Part shown: piece after piece, positions 55,533 through 63,652 of the stretch | Layout of the letters: each line of letters opens with the position of its first letter | Numbering within the stretch: position 1 is the stretch's first letter | From: a virus | Taxonomy: Duplodnaviria; Caudoviricetes | IMG/VR virus record: IMGVR_UViG_3300030109_004674 | Location: 1 to 63,652 of that record | Direction: 5' to 3' (one strand) | DNA length: 63,652 nt | Translations under genes and position numbers: made by a program | The notes under the pieces: model-generated | The model's database searches: none | Seen by the model: the letters and a program-made list of their open reading frames with translations, nothing else | Told to the model about the DNA's origin: nothing

Positions 55533-55565
55533 CGTTACAGTATTTATTTTTAATATTGTACGCAA

Positions 55566-55757
55566 TTATTTAGGAAACCATTCAGTTATTTCTGTATCAA
55601 CATATTCTTGTCCACCAACTGCATTTATCATGTCATTAGTGTGAGCTACTGCTTCATTGTATCTAATAAACACTTGGTCATCAGAGGTTGCGTAAAAACT
55701 CGAAAATTGTTGTCCAAGTCCTGTTTCGAAAACCTCATTAGCTTTTTCTTGTGTCAT
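55566..55757 (-). CDS. Hypothetical protein
   Basis: Likely start MTQEK at 55757; FYATSDDQVF motif. Confidence 0.6.
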   Translation of the reverse strand: MTQEKANEVFETGLGQQFSSFYATSDDQVFIRYNEAVAHTNDMINAVGGQEYVDTEITEWFPK

Positions 55758-55776
55758 TTTTATAAGTTTAACTTTG

Positions 55777-56019
55777 TTATACAAAAGTGTCCCAACACCA
55801 GATAGGAGTTTTTTCACCAACATAAGAGCCGCTCACATTGTAAGTAAAATGCTCTAAAGCATCCTCTTCTGTCATCTCTATCTTTAGTATTTCAATACAT
55901 TTTGCTACAGAGTATATTAACCTCATTTCGTTTTCTTCGACACCAATTACAGCGTCATCAAACCCATCCGCTTTTAAGAATTCATCCTCATAATATTGCT
56001 CTATAATTTGCTCTAACAT
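55777..56019 (-). CDS. Conserved phage hypothetical protein
   Basis: ADGFDDAVIG...EDALEHFTYNVSGSYVGEKTP. Confidence 0.7.
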   Translation of the reverse strand: MLEQIIEQYYEDEFLKADGFDDAVIGVEENEMRLIYSVAKCIEILKIEMTEEDALEHFTYNVSGSYVGEKTPIWCWDTFV

Positions 56020-56297
56020 TTCTCTTTTTCTTTTATGACTGCAACCAATTCCTCTAAAAGTTTAACCTGTGCCTCTTCATGGCTTTTGCAATATGGGTAT
56101 CTAGTTGTATCCTTTGGTCTATGGTAAACTCCATTAGCGTAAATCTTATAACCATACTCTTTCCCGGACTGTTCAATCCATGCAACATATCCCCATTTTT
56201 CTCTAAACCAATTAAATACTTCACAGTAAGTTACATTGTCATAATACCCTAATTGTCTTACAGCAGATAGTTCTTCAGAAGTTATTACGTCACTCAT
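56013..56297 (-). CDS. Hypothetical protein
   Basis: VFNWFREKWG...SHEEAQ motif. Confidence 0.65.
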   Translation of the reverse strand: MSDVITSEELSAVRQLGYYDNVTYCEVFNWFREKWGYVAWIEQSGKEYGYKIYANGVYHRPKDTTRYPYCKSHEEAQVKLLEELVAVIKEKEKC

Positions 56298-56310
56298 TTT
56301 TATGTTGTTT

Positions 56311-56338
56311 AAAAAACCCCCTCAATTAATGAGGGAGT
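56311..56338 (-). terminator. Intrinsic terminator closing the nitrogen cassette
   Basis: ACTCCCTCA-ttaat-TGAGGGGGT-TTTTT on the minus strand. Confidence 0.8.
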
Positions 56339-56343
56339 CTTAA

Positions 56344-56412
56344 TTAATCTAAATTGCTATCAATGATTGAATCTATGGCTAAATCATCAATGTAATCTTC
56401 TATAAAGCACAT
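56344..56412 (-). CDS. 22-aa acidic peptide
   Basis: MCFIEDYIDDLAIDSIIDSNLD*; starts 2 nt after the porin stop and fills the space to the terminator. Confidence 0.4.
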   Translation of the reverse strand: MCFIEDYIDDLAIDSIIDSNLD

Positions 56413-56414
56413 TT

Positions 56415-57407
56415 TTAATTAAAAGAATAAACCGCTGCTAGTACAATACTAGATAGGTTATCCTTTTGTTCAAATACTTGCTCACTGGCTTTGTCTAATC
56501 TATACTCTAACTTTAGATTTAGATTCTCTTTAGCGTAATCTAAAGTAGTAGTAAAGTTTATAACATTTGCATCTGGGCCAATTGCTCCAACTCCGTCTCC
56601 AGTTTCAGCAAAGTATTCACCTCTCAAACCTGCGGTTAATTTACCAAAAGAATATTGAGGGTATAAAGCTGCTCCGTAGAAGCCGTTTCCATCAGTATCA
56701 TTGTACGTTGAATTAACCCCTAGGTAAAACTTTTTCGACAAATTATAACCACCTGTCAAATCAATTTGAAATGTAGCTTCAGATGCGGGATCTTGCTTTC
56801 CAAACAAGAAGTTTAAATACGTACTCTTATATGCTAGTACAGCACCTAGCGTACTGAAATTAGACGGGTTGAAATCCGTTGCATCAGTTGCGTTTAAAAC
56901 AGCTAACATGGCAGTAAAGTCATCAGACAAAGCGATGTCTGCTTTTAAACCACTATGAGAAAAAGGGCCATAAGAAAACATGTAAGAAGTTGAGTAATTA
57001 AAGTTTCCCGAAGGGCTAATCACTTCATACCCAAGAAAGGTGTTAAAGTTACCCATTGTTAAGGTCATCCTATTACTAACATCCCAATAAACATAAAGCT
57101 GATTAATGATGTTAGAACTCCCGGTAGATAAGAAAACAGCATCTTCTCCTCTAGGCCCAAAAACTAGGTCTGCCACAACACCTGTGTTCTTTGTATCGTA
57201 AGAACTAATAAGGTTGAACATACCCAAACTGAAACCATTTAAGTTAGCAAACGATGTAGCTGGTGCTAAATCTGTTTTGGCTGTACTAAGGTTTCTTCTG
57301 TAGTAAACGTCTACACTTCCTTCTAAAGAAAGGTTTGACTTTAAACTATCCTGACCGTAAGATAGTATTGTAGTAGCTAATAATATTAATGTAAATAGTT
57401 TTTTCAT
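56415..57407 (-). CDS. Outer-membrane beta-barrel porin (putative OmpL-like/DUF1597 family)
   Basis: Signal peptide MKKLFTLILLATTILSYG; GSVDVYY, GNFNTFLGYEVI, NFNYSTSYMFSYGPFSHSG; C-terminal YSF. Confidence 0.85.
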   Translation of the reverse strand: MKKLFTLILLATTILSYGQDSLKSNLSLEGSVDVYYRRNLSTAKTDLAPATSFANLNGFSLGMFNLISSYDTKNTGVVADLVFGPRGEDAVFLSTGSSNIINQLYVYWDVSNRMTLTMGNFNTFLGYEVISPSGNFNYSTSYMFSYGPFSHSGLKADIALSDDFTAMLAVLNATDATDFNPSNFSTLGAVLAYKSTYLNFLFGKQDPASEATFQIDLTGGYNLSKKFYLGVNSTYNDTDGNGFYGAALYPQYSFGKLTAGLRGEYFAETGDGVGAIGPDANVINFTTTLDYAKENLNLKLEYRLDKASEQVFEQKDNLSSIVLAAVYSFN

Positions 57408-57423
57408 TTTGTGTAAAATTAAA

Positions 57424-57440
57424 GGGGGCATAACACCCCC
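57424..57440 (-). other. Intercistronic hairpin between amt and the porin
   Basis: GGGGGTG-TTA-TGCCCCC followed by TTT. Confidence 0.6.
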
Positions 57441-57446
57441 TGGTTA

Positions 57447-58694
57447 TTAATGTTCATTAAGACGAAAGTCAGAGTAAGCAGGCATGCCATGCTCAGAGCT
57501 GTCCAATCCTTCAAGCTCTTCTTTTTTACTAACTCTTAACCCCATAGTTTTCTTAATGGTGAATAGTATTATAAAAGAAGTAATCAGACAGAAAGCTCCA
57601 ATTACAGAAACCCCTATAAGTTGTGTAAGGAATTGACTACCACTAGCTAATTCTCCAAAGATACCCACTGCAAGAGTACCCCAGATTCCGCATCCAAGGT
57701 GTACTGCGATGGCTCCTACTGGATCATCTAATTTAAGCTTGTCTAACAAGGCAACCGCAAGGACTACTATGATACCTCCAATAAGCCCAACTACAACAGA
57801 TTCGTTTGGACTCATCTGATCGGCACCTGCAGTGATAGCGACTAATCCTCCCAAGATTCCATTAAGGAACATTGTTAAATCAAATGCTTTATCCTTAATT
57901 AAAGATGTAATAGCGGCACCAAAACCACCTGCAGCTGCTGCAAGACAAGTAGTAACTAAGGTTAGTGATGTTAACGCTGGGTCAGCACTTAATACGCTAC
58001 CACCGTTAAATCCAAACCAACCAAGCCATAATATTAATACTCCTGCCGTAGCAAAAGGAATATTATGACCTAAAATAGGGAAAGACTTTCCGTTTATTTT
58101 AAGATACTTTCCAATCCTTGGGCCTAACAGCCATACAGCCACTAATGCTGCCCATCCGCCAACAGAGTGAACTAATGTACTTCCTGCAAAGTCGTAGAAT
58201 CCTAGGCCATCTAGCCATCCTCCTCCCCACTTCCAGCTACCTACTATAGGGTATACAAGCCCTACATAGATTAGACTGAATAGCATGAAGCTTGTTAGCT
58301 TGATACGCTCTGCCACAGCCCCACTTACAATAGTTGCTGCTGTTGCGGCAAACATACCCTGGAACAAGAAATCTGTCCACCAAGTATAACCTCCTGAAGC
58401 GTACTCGGCAGTCATACCATTTTCTGGTGAAGCTATCCCAAAACCAGCGAATTTAATAATCCCCATGCTACCCTCTTCAAACCCAGGGTACATGAGATTA
58501 AATCCTCCTATGTAGTAGACTAAAAGTCCCATACAAATAATGAAGATATTTTTGAATAGGATGTTGATGGTATTTTTTTGTCTTGTCAGTCCTATCTCCA
58601 ACAAGCTAAATCCTAAGTGCATAAAGAACACCAAACCTGTACAGACCATCATCCACAGGTTATTTACTGTTAACATTTCCATTTCTTCTTTCAA
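57447..58694 (-). CDS. amtB: Ammonium transporter (Amt family)
   Basis: FQGMFAAT, SGAVAER, DFAGSTLVH, WFGFNGGS, DDPVGAIAVH; twin-His and Phe gates intact. Confidence 0.97.
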   Translation of the reverse strand: MKEEMEMLTVNNLWMMVCTGLVFFMHLGFSLLEIGLTRQKNTINILFKNIFIICMGLLVYYIGGFNLMYPGFEEGSMGIIKFAGFGIASPENGMTAEYASGGYTWWTDFLFQGMFAATAATIVSGAVAERIKLTSFMLFSLIYVGLVYPIVGSWKWGGGWLDGLGFYDFAGSTLVHSVGGWAALVAVWLLGPRIGKYLKINGKSFPILGHNIPFATAGVLILWLGWFGFNGGSVLSADPALTSLTLVTTCLAAAAGGFGAAITSLIKDKAFDLTMFLNGILGGLVAITAGADQMSPNESVVVGLIGGIIVVLAVALLDKLKLDDPVGAIAVHLGCGIWGTLAVGIFGELASGSQFLTQLIGVSVIGAFCLITSFIILFTIKKTMGLRVSKKEELEGLDSSEHGMPAYSDFRLNEH

Positions 58695-59029
58695 TTAAGT
58701 GTTTGATTTCCTCTTTCTTTTGTTCGGATTCGATATGCTTCTTGCACATCGCTGACAAAGATTTTGCCGTCTCCGACTTCGCCTGTGTAGGCAGAATCAA
58801 GAATAGCGTTAATTGTCCTTTCTAAAAACTCGTCACTAACGACGATTGAAAGATACCTCCTCTGAATTTCAGAAGTAGAATATGGAATACCTCGATACTT
58901 CCTATCGAGCTGCTCGTTACCAACTCCTGTACAATCCCAGTAACTAAAAAAAGTTACCTTAACTGCCAATAGAGCTGATTTCACCTCATCAAATTGAGCT
59001 TTTCTGATGATACAATCCACCTTTTTCAT
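58691..59029 (-). CDS. glnK: P-II nitrogen regulatory protein (GlnK-type by linkage to amt)
   Basis: 112 aa; T-loop YRG, TGEVGDGKIFV, RIRT. Confidence 0.95.
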   Translation of the reverse strand: MKKVDCIIRKAQFDEVKSALLAVKVTFFSYWDCTGVGNEQLDRKYRGIPYSTSEIQRRYLSIVVSDEFLERTINAILDSAYTGEVGDGKIFVSDVQEAYRIRTKERGNQTLN

Positions 59030-59063
59030 AAGCGATCTATTTATTGGTTAAAAATTAAAAATG

Positions 59064-59071
59064 CAAAGTTA
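59064..59071 (-). promoter_or_regulatory. TAnnTTTG (-7) element upstream of P-II
   Basis: TAACTTTG 35 nt before the ATG; no clear -33 element. Confidence 0.55.
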
Positions 59072-59078
59072 AACTATA

Positions 59079-59312
59079 TTATAGGTTTACGTCTAGTTTG
59101 ACATACCCTTTTGGAAAGAATTTCATCTTATCTTCATCCCATTCGGTGTCATGGTATTCAAAACAAAATTTTGGCCCAAAACATTTAAAAGCCTTTTCTC
59201 TGCCCTCGGTACTGTCTTTTGCTTCAAATACTGCCACAGTATCTTTGTCTAATGTTTTTCCGTTTACGGAGTGAGCGTGATCTCCTCCAAATGTTACGTA
59301 TGTTTTTGCCAT
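59079..59312 (-). CDS. Hypothetical protein
   Basis: 77 aa; YVTFG...FGPKFCFEY. Confidence 0.7.
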   Translation of the reverse strand: MAKTYVTFGGDHAHSVNGKTLDKDTVAVFEAKDSTEGREKAFKCFGPKFCFEYHDTEWDEDKMKFFPKGYVKLDVNL

Positions 59313-59329
59313 TTATTTACAGTTTTAAA

Positions 59330-59502
59330 AACTCTCCAAGTCCTCCAAGTGGAATGATAGTAGTGTAATCCTACGACACAGTACCATCTAACTTCAAAAC
59401 TAACACTCTTGGAAGTGTTGTGATATAACAATCTGATTGTTATTCTTTTTCAACTGGAGTGATTACCAATACTCACTTGCTTATCCATTAGCCTGGAGAG
59501 TT
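59330..59502 (-). ncRNA. Candidate multi-stem structured RNA (~173 nt)
   Basis: 11-bp closing stem plus at least four internal helices whose mismatches become G-U pairs on the minus strand; no ORF in the track. Confidence 0.6.
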
Positions 59503-59516
59503 ATATTTTAATTAAG

Positions 59517-59846
59517 TTATTTTGATTTTATTTTCTTAACAAATTGATTTAATTTAGCCTCCCATTTCTTAGGAAATTTTTGTCCTCCATTAACGGCTTT
59601 TAGTAACGATGTTTCAGGTAGCCCAGCAGCCTTTTCAATACCAGCAATGCTTAGTAGTTCTTTGTTTTCTTTAATCCAAACAATGTCTTTGTTGCGTTCA
59701 GAGTTTTTAAAGTTTTCGATAGCTTTAACTAAATACAAATGGCTAATACTTCCAATTGAAATGTTTTCTTTCACAAAATCTATAACTGTTTCATCTGTCC
59801 ACCTAAATGTATGAACTGATTTTCTTTTTTTTACTTCTCTGTCCAT
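59517..59846 (-). CDS. HTH-like protein (C-terminus paralogous to 59849-60031)
   Basis: WIKENKELLSIAGIEKAAGLPETSLLKAVNG. Confidence 0.6.
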   Translation of the reverse strand: MDREVKKRKSVHTFRWTDETVIDFVKENISIGSISHLYLVKAIENFKNSERNKDIVWIKENKELLSIAGIEKAAGLPETSLLKAVNGGQKFPKKWEAKLNQFVKKIKSK

Positions 59847-59848
59847 TA

Positions 59849-60031
59849 CTAAAATGTTTTTAATTCTTGAACGAATTTATTCACGGAAGCTAGCCAGTTT
59901 TCAGGTAGTTCTCTAACACCACTCAGTGCTTTTTGCAAAGTACTTTTAGGCATGTGTAATTCCTTCTCAATCATATTCACATTAAGAAAGGGCTTGTTTT
60001 TTTTAAGCCAATTTATTGATCTGTCTTTCAT
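59849..60031 (-). CDS. HTH-like small protein
   Basis: WLKKNKPFLNVNMIEKELHMPKSTLQKALSG. Confidence 0.6.
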   Translation of the reverse strand: MKDRSINWLKKNKPFLNVNMIEKELHMPKSTLQKALSGVRELPENWLASVNKFVQELKTF

Positions 60032-60064
60032 TTTATTTTGTCGTTAATAAATTTTCTCCTTCTT

Positions 60065-60214
60065 TTACTCGTAATTGTTATCGTCATAAATTATTCTTCC
60101 ATCAATTTTGATAGCATGATACAATAGTGCTTCTTGAACTTCTCCAATAAAAGCTTGAAATGTTTCTTTTGAATGTCCATGCTCTTCCAGATATTCTTCT
60201 AATAATTCTTCCAT
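60065..60214 (-). CDS. Small acidic protein (49 aa)
   Basis: MEELLEEYLEEHGHSKETFQAFIGEVQEALLYHAIKIDGRIIYDDNNYE*; A-rich start context. Confidence 0.55.
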   Translation of the reverse strand: MEELLEEYLEEHGHSKETFQAFIGEVQEALLYHAIKIDGRIIYDDNNYE

Positions 60215-60256
60215 AAATATTTAGTTTTTAAGGTTATACTTTTAATGTTTAAAAAT

Positions 60257-60365
60257 GAACAGGGGCTAGCTATTTCCTTATTCGACTTATTGGGAGTGAA
60301 TATGCAATAGTTCCTACGCTAAAAGCATTGAAAGTAAAATAGCTTGTAAAGTTCTGCCCCTGTTC
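60257..60365 (-). ncRNA. Candidate structured RNA / processing stem (~109 nt)
   Basis: Perfect 10-bp outer inverted repeat GAACAGGGGC/GCCCCTGTTC; inner AGCTATTTT/GAAATAGCT. Confidence 0.5.
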
Positions 60366-60384
60366 TATCAAAGAACGATCTTTG

Positions 60385-62223
60385 TTAAAAAGGCACTTCT
60401 GGTCTGCTTTTTCTAAAAACATCATCATTGAGCCAATCATCCTCAAAAGATGTTTGTTCAGGTTCCTTGTCAATCCAAGACCCATTTAATTGCAGTGTTT
60501 TCTGCCCATCTTTACTGCATGGATAAAATCTACTACAATTTGAGATGTATTTAAAATCTGTCATACCTTCTTCACCTAAGTGTTTCCATTTTATTTTTTG
60601 TATATATACTGTAGTGATATTTAACACCCTATTCCGATATATAGCAATACCTACGTCTGTCATGTCGTACCAAGATTTTGACCCAGAGATATCGTATAAA
60701 GTCGGCACCTCGTACTGTCCATTGTCCAGGCTGTTTTTGTCTTTTACTTTGTCCATTTTTCTTGGGTGTGCTACTAAGAAAACTGCAACATCAAAGTTTT
60801 GTTTGAACATTGTAATCTTGTTAAGTGCCTTTTCGATGTACTGTGTTTCGGAACCATACTTTCCATATTGATGGTTAATCTTATTCCATGGATCAATTGT
60901 AAAGCCCTTTATTCCGTGTCTTAAAACCAGCTGTTTGCCAAGATCGATTAACTCATCAAGCATTATTGACCCGGATTTTGGTTTGATAAAAAAGAAATGT
61001 TTCTCAATAAAATCTAATGCTGACTCAAGTTCCATTTCGTTCATTCTTAATCCTTTCCCGTGAAAGAAGGCTTTGCCTACAATTATTTCCGCATACCTAT
61101 AGGCTAAAAACTGTATTGGTAAATGCTCTGGAGAGTATATTCCAAACTTCCAACCACAATTTACAGCAAGTAAAGTCTCTACCTGGTTAACCATGGATGA
61201 CTTACCATGAGTAGGTATACCTGTCCAGGTGTAAACTAAGCCTGTTTTCCAGGAAACTAAATCATCAAGACCTAGTTCATCATCGTATGTTGACTCCAAG
61301 CCAATAACATCTCCCTTCGCTACACCATTTCTAAACAAGTCTAAAGTTCCTTTTCTAATTTCAGTCATAGGAACAATACCTTTTATAGGGTAAAATTCAG
61401 CGTCTGTTATAAGCTTAAGCACCCCTTCTTCTCCGTGTTTTAAAAGAACCTCATTAGCATCCTTACATCCATCAGGGTATTTAACAATCTTACATCTCTC
61501 TCTGCCTAATCTTCTTGATAATTCTTTTCCTAATCTAGTCCCTGGCTCATCACCGTCAGTGGCTATATATATTTCTTTAGGTATGCCGTTTTCGAAAAAT
61601 GATGCACAGTTATCTAGGTATTGAAGATTGTTGTTGCCTTTACTGGCACCGTTAGGAACAGAGATAGCGTATCGAATTCCTGCTTCAAAAAAAGCCAACA
61701 CATCCATTTCACCTTCACATATTACAACCTGATTGTCCTGGATGTTATCTATATTGTAGAATATCAATTCAGCACCAGACTCCATCTTAAACATCTTGTC
61801 CGCTGTCCTGTATTTTTTGTTTACTATTTGCCCGTTCCTGAAATAGTTAAATATTATACACGTTACTTCCTTTTGTTTCTGAGGCATATAAACCTTTTCA
61901 CAAGTAACTTTGTTAGCCATAAGTGTTGAAGGTGATATCCCTCTTTTCTGAAACTCCATTACAACATTATCAGGCAAGTCTGTAGGGTTGTACTTGGGTA
62001 ATATGTACTCTTTATAAGGCTTCTTGTATTTATTTTTTTGTTGTACAGATCCATTCCATCCGCAATGATGGCAATTGTATATACCTTCATCTATATTTAC
62101 AGACAAGCATGGCTCTTTTTGATTCTTAGGCTTTCTAGTATGAGAACATTTAGGACATATTGTTTTTTCTTGCCCTGAAGTTCTTTTTAAATTGATTCCT
62201 AGTTGATATAAGTCTTGTATCAT
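60385..62223 (-). CDS. Primase-helicase (T7 gp4/Twinkle-like)
   Basis: Zn finger CPKC...CHHC, TOPRIM EGEMD and DGD, Walker A GIPTHGKS, IDPWN, LVAHP, YDISGS. Confidence 0.92.
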   Translation of the reverse strand: MIQDLYQLGINLKRTSGQEKTICPKCSHTRKPKNQKEPCLSVNIDEGIYNCHHCGWNGSVQQKNKYKKPYKEYILPKYNPTDLPDNVVMEFQKRGISPSTLMANKVTCEKVYMPQKQKEVTCIIFNYFRNGQIVNKKYRTADKMFKMESGAELIFYNIDNIQDNQVVICEGEMDVLAFFEAGIRYAISVPNGASKGNNNLQYLDNCASFFENGIPKEIYIATDGDEPGTRLGKELSRRLGRERCKIVKYPDGCKDANEVLLKHGEEGVLKLITDAEFYPIKGIVPMTEIRKGTLDLFRNGVAKGDVIGLESTYDDELGLDDLVSWKTGLVYTWTGIPTHGKSSMVNQVETLLAVNCGWKFGIYSPEHLPIQFLAYRYAEIIVGKAFFHGKGLRMNEMELESALDFIEKHFFFIKPKSGSIMLDELIDLGKQLVLRHGIKGFTIDPWNKINHQYGKYGSETQYIEKALNKITMFKQNFDVAVFLVAHPRKMDKVKDKNSLDNGQYEVPTLYDISGSKSWYDMTDVGIAIYRNRVLNITTVYIQKIKWKHLGEEGMTDFKYISNCSRFYPCSKDGQKTLQLNGSWIDKEPEQTSFEDDWLNDDVFRKSRPEVPF

Positions 62224-62224
62224 G

Positions 62225-62920
62225 TTACATTACCATTTTTCTATCTGTTTTTAAATCTATTTCCCCTGGGTTTGGGAAGTCTCGTCTTAAACATCCTCTG
62301 AAAAACGACCTATAATCTTTGTACTTTTTTCCTTTAGAGTTTAAGTAGTCAATTAATTCGTCTCTTTTGTTTTTTAGTTGTGTTCGTGTTATATGTTTAA
62401 AGTTTTCAGATTCCAGAAGTTGATTGCAAAACAGATTAAAGTAGTCAGGATTATGTAAAACTTGTATTGATTTAACTTTTGCAGGATCAATTTCTTTTTG
62501 TATTTCTGGAAAGATTGTATCCTCCTGTGATTCTTTTTTGTCTTTACTCTTCTGCCATCTAGCGGCAGCTGCGTTCTTACCTCTTTCTCTTGCCATGTCG
62601 TGTTTTGTCATTCTTTCGATTAGTGATGTTGACCAGAAATTTTTCCCGTCAGATTTAAAAAGTTCAAATTCATTTATACAGTCATCTACAAATTCTTTGC
62701 ATTTTTCAGTACTGCAGTTTGGTAGGGATAGGGCCAAAGAAGGGAAGTCATATTTCTTTTGTGTGGAAATCTTATATCCCTTCTGTTGAGCCATAACCTC
62801 AACAATAATCCAGTACCAACCGTAACCTTCTGCTCCCCAAATGCTCATTAATGCTTTTATTTTTGAGTCTTCGTGAGCATTCATATCGTGGCTAAACCAG
62901 TACGTTTTGCTCTTGTTCAT
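62225..62920 (-). CDS. DUF4373/Lin1244-like replication initiator
   Basis: WFSHDMNAHED.KI..L...GAEGYG.YW.IVE...FWSTSL.ERM; directly upstream of the helicase. Confidence 0.75.
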   Translation of the reverse strand: MNKSKTYWFSHDMNAHEDSKIKALMSIWGAEGYGWYWIIVEVMAQQKGYKISTQKKYDFPSLALSLPNCSTEKCKEFVDDCINEFELFKSDGKNFWSTSLIERMTKHDMARERGKNAAAARWQKSKDKKESQEDTIFPEIQKEIDPAKVKSIQVLHNPDYFNLFCNQLLESENFKHITRTQLKNKRDELIDYLNSKGKKYKDYRSFFRGCLRRDFPNPGEIDLKTDRKMVM

Positions 62921-62941
62921 TATTGGTAGTTGTGATTATTG

Positions 62942-63463
62942 TTATGATTTAGGTATTGTTGCACGAGGCGAACTTGCACCGTGTTTCTTGATAACACTTC
63001 CTGGAATTATTTCTCCTGTGTCATCGTCTAGAACACCACCTGTACCATGGGCTTTTTTCATTATTGATTCAATTTCTTTCAATTTAAGAGTCTCTTCATC
63101 AACAATTTTCTTTTGAGAAACCCATCCATCGTAATGATCGAAACTATGTGTGTCAGCTGAATTTGACACAGCAAGCTTAATACCGTTGTACTCGGTACCT
63201 CCTTTGCCATGTTTTTCTATTTCATCTTTTACATGGGGTGTCAATTCCTTTTTCGCCACGGTAGCGTACTCAAGTATAGCACAAACCCTAGTATAAGTAT
63301 CCAGCACATCATCCTCACCACTGTTTAGTATTGATTCAATATATGTCTGGGCTTGTACCTTAAGACCTTCCTTTGTAAAATTCAGCTTTGGCGGCAGTAT
63401 TTCGTTTCTAACTTGCTCTTTCTCGTTTGGTACGTCATCAAATATCACGTCATCTTTACTCAT
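62942..63463 (-). CDS. Conserved phage hypothetical protein (recombination module)
   Basis: 173 aa; C-terminal DDDTGEII. Confidence 0.7.
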   Translation of the reverse strand: MSKDDVIFDDVPNEKEQVRNEILPPKLNFTKEGLKVQAQTYIESILNSGEDDVLDTYTRVCAILEYATVAKKELTPHVKDEIEKHGKGGTEYNGIKLAVSNSADTHSFDHYDGWVSQKKIVDEETLKLKEIESIMKKAHGTGGVLDDDTGEIIPGSVIKKHGASSPRATIPKS

Positions 63464-63652
63464 AATCCTTGCTTTTTAAGTGCAGAATACCTGCTGTTAA
63501 CCATTTGTTTTAATTCAACTTCAGTTTCTTCTCCTAATTCTAAAAACTTAATGTCAAGTTGTAAAGCTCCAGACTCTTCTTTTATCGCATCAGAGGAGAC
63601 AAAAGAGTTTATCTTATTGACCACCTTGTTATAAGATTTCTCTCGCTCTTCC
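63460..63652 (-). CDS. C-terminal part of the Rad52/Sak-like protein (joined across the window edge)
   Basis: EEREKSYNKVVNKIN...YSALKKQGL*; in frame with 803-1; its TGA overlaps the next ATG. Confidence 0.8.
   Translation of the reverse strand, partial: EEREKSYNKVVNKINSFVSSDAIKEESGALQLDIKFLELGEETEVELKQMVNSRYSALKKQGL

Noticed and set aside
56311-59071. Host chromosomal contamination or a prophage flank
   Set aside because: Phage-type genes lie on both sides, the genome closes as a circle, and no integrase or att site was seen; read-level confirmation is still desirable.
59470-59502. tRNA gene suggested by a D-arm-like GCTAATGGATAAGC
   Set aside because: No T-arm (GTTCRA) or cloverleaf spacing; kept only as part of the ncRNA candidate.

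Overview
This window appears to be a complete, circularly permuted ~63.65-kb genome of a tailed dsDNA phage infecting Bacteroidota, probably a marine Flavobacteriia host. A Rad52/Sak-like ORF running off position 1 continues in frame from position 63652, which closes the circle. There are three blocks. (i) A minus-strand 'early' array (~2.7-9.9 kb) of small genes (DUF932, Gp88-like and others), separated by repeated GGGCCC hairpins and a shared translation-start motif. (ii) A plus-strand packaging, virion and lysis block (10.8-51.8 kb) with crAss-like podovirus gene order: HNH, TerL, portal, scaffold, MCP, three ring proteins, muzzle, ejection proteins, fibres, amidase, holin, spanin. No DNA polymerase, RNA polymerase or integrase was recognised. 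(iii) A minus-strand replication and accessory block (51.8-63.6 kb, continuing into 1-2.6 kb) with primase-helicase, a DUF4373-like initiator, an SSB-like protein, and an apparently intact P-II / ammonium transporter / outer-membrane porin cassette. The most interesting candidates are: a ~65-nt promoter-to-terminator sRNA complementary to the shared start motif of the early genes; the repeat-delimited cassette architecture of those genes; two outward-facing 11-bp iteron-like arrays; two unannotated structured RNAs; and the nitrogen-uptake operon. All family assignments are by eye from motifs; no database searches were run.
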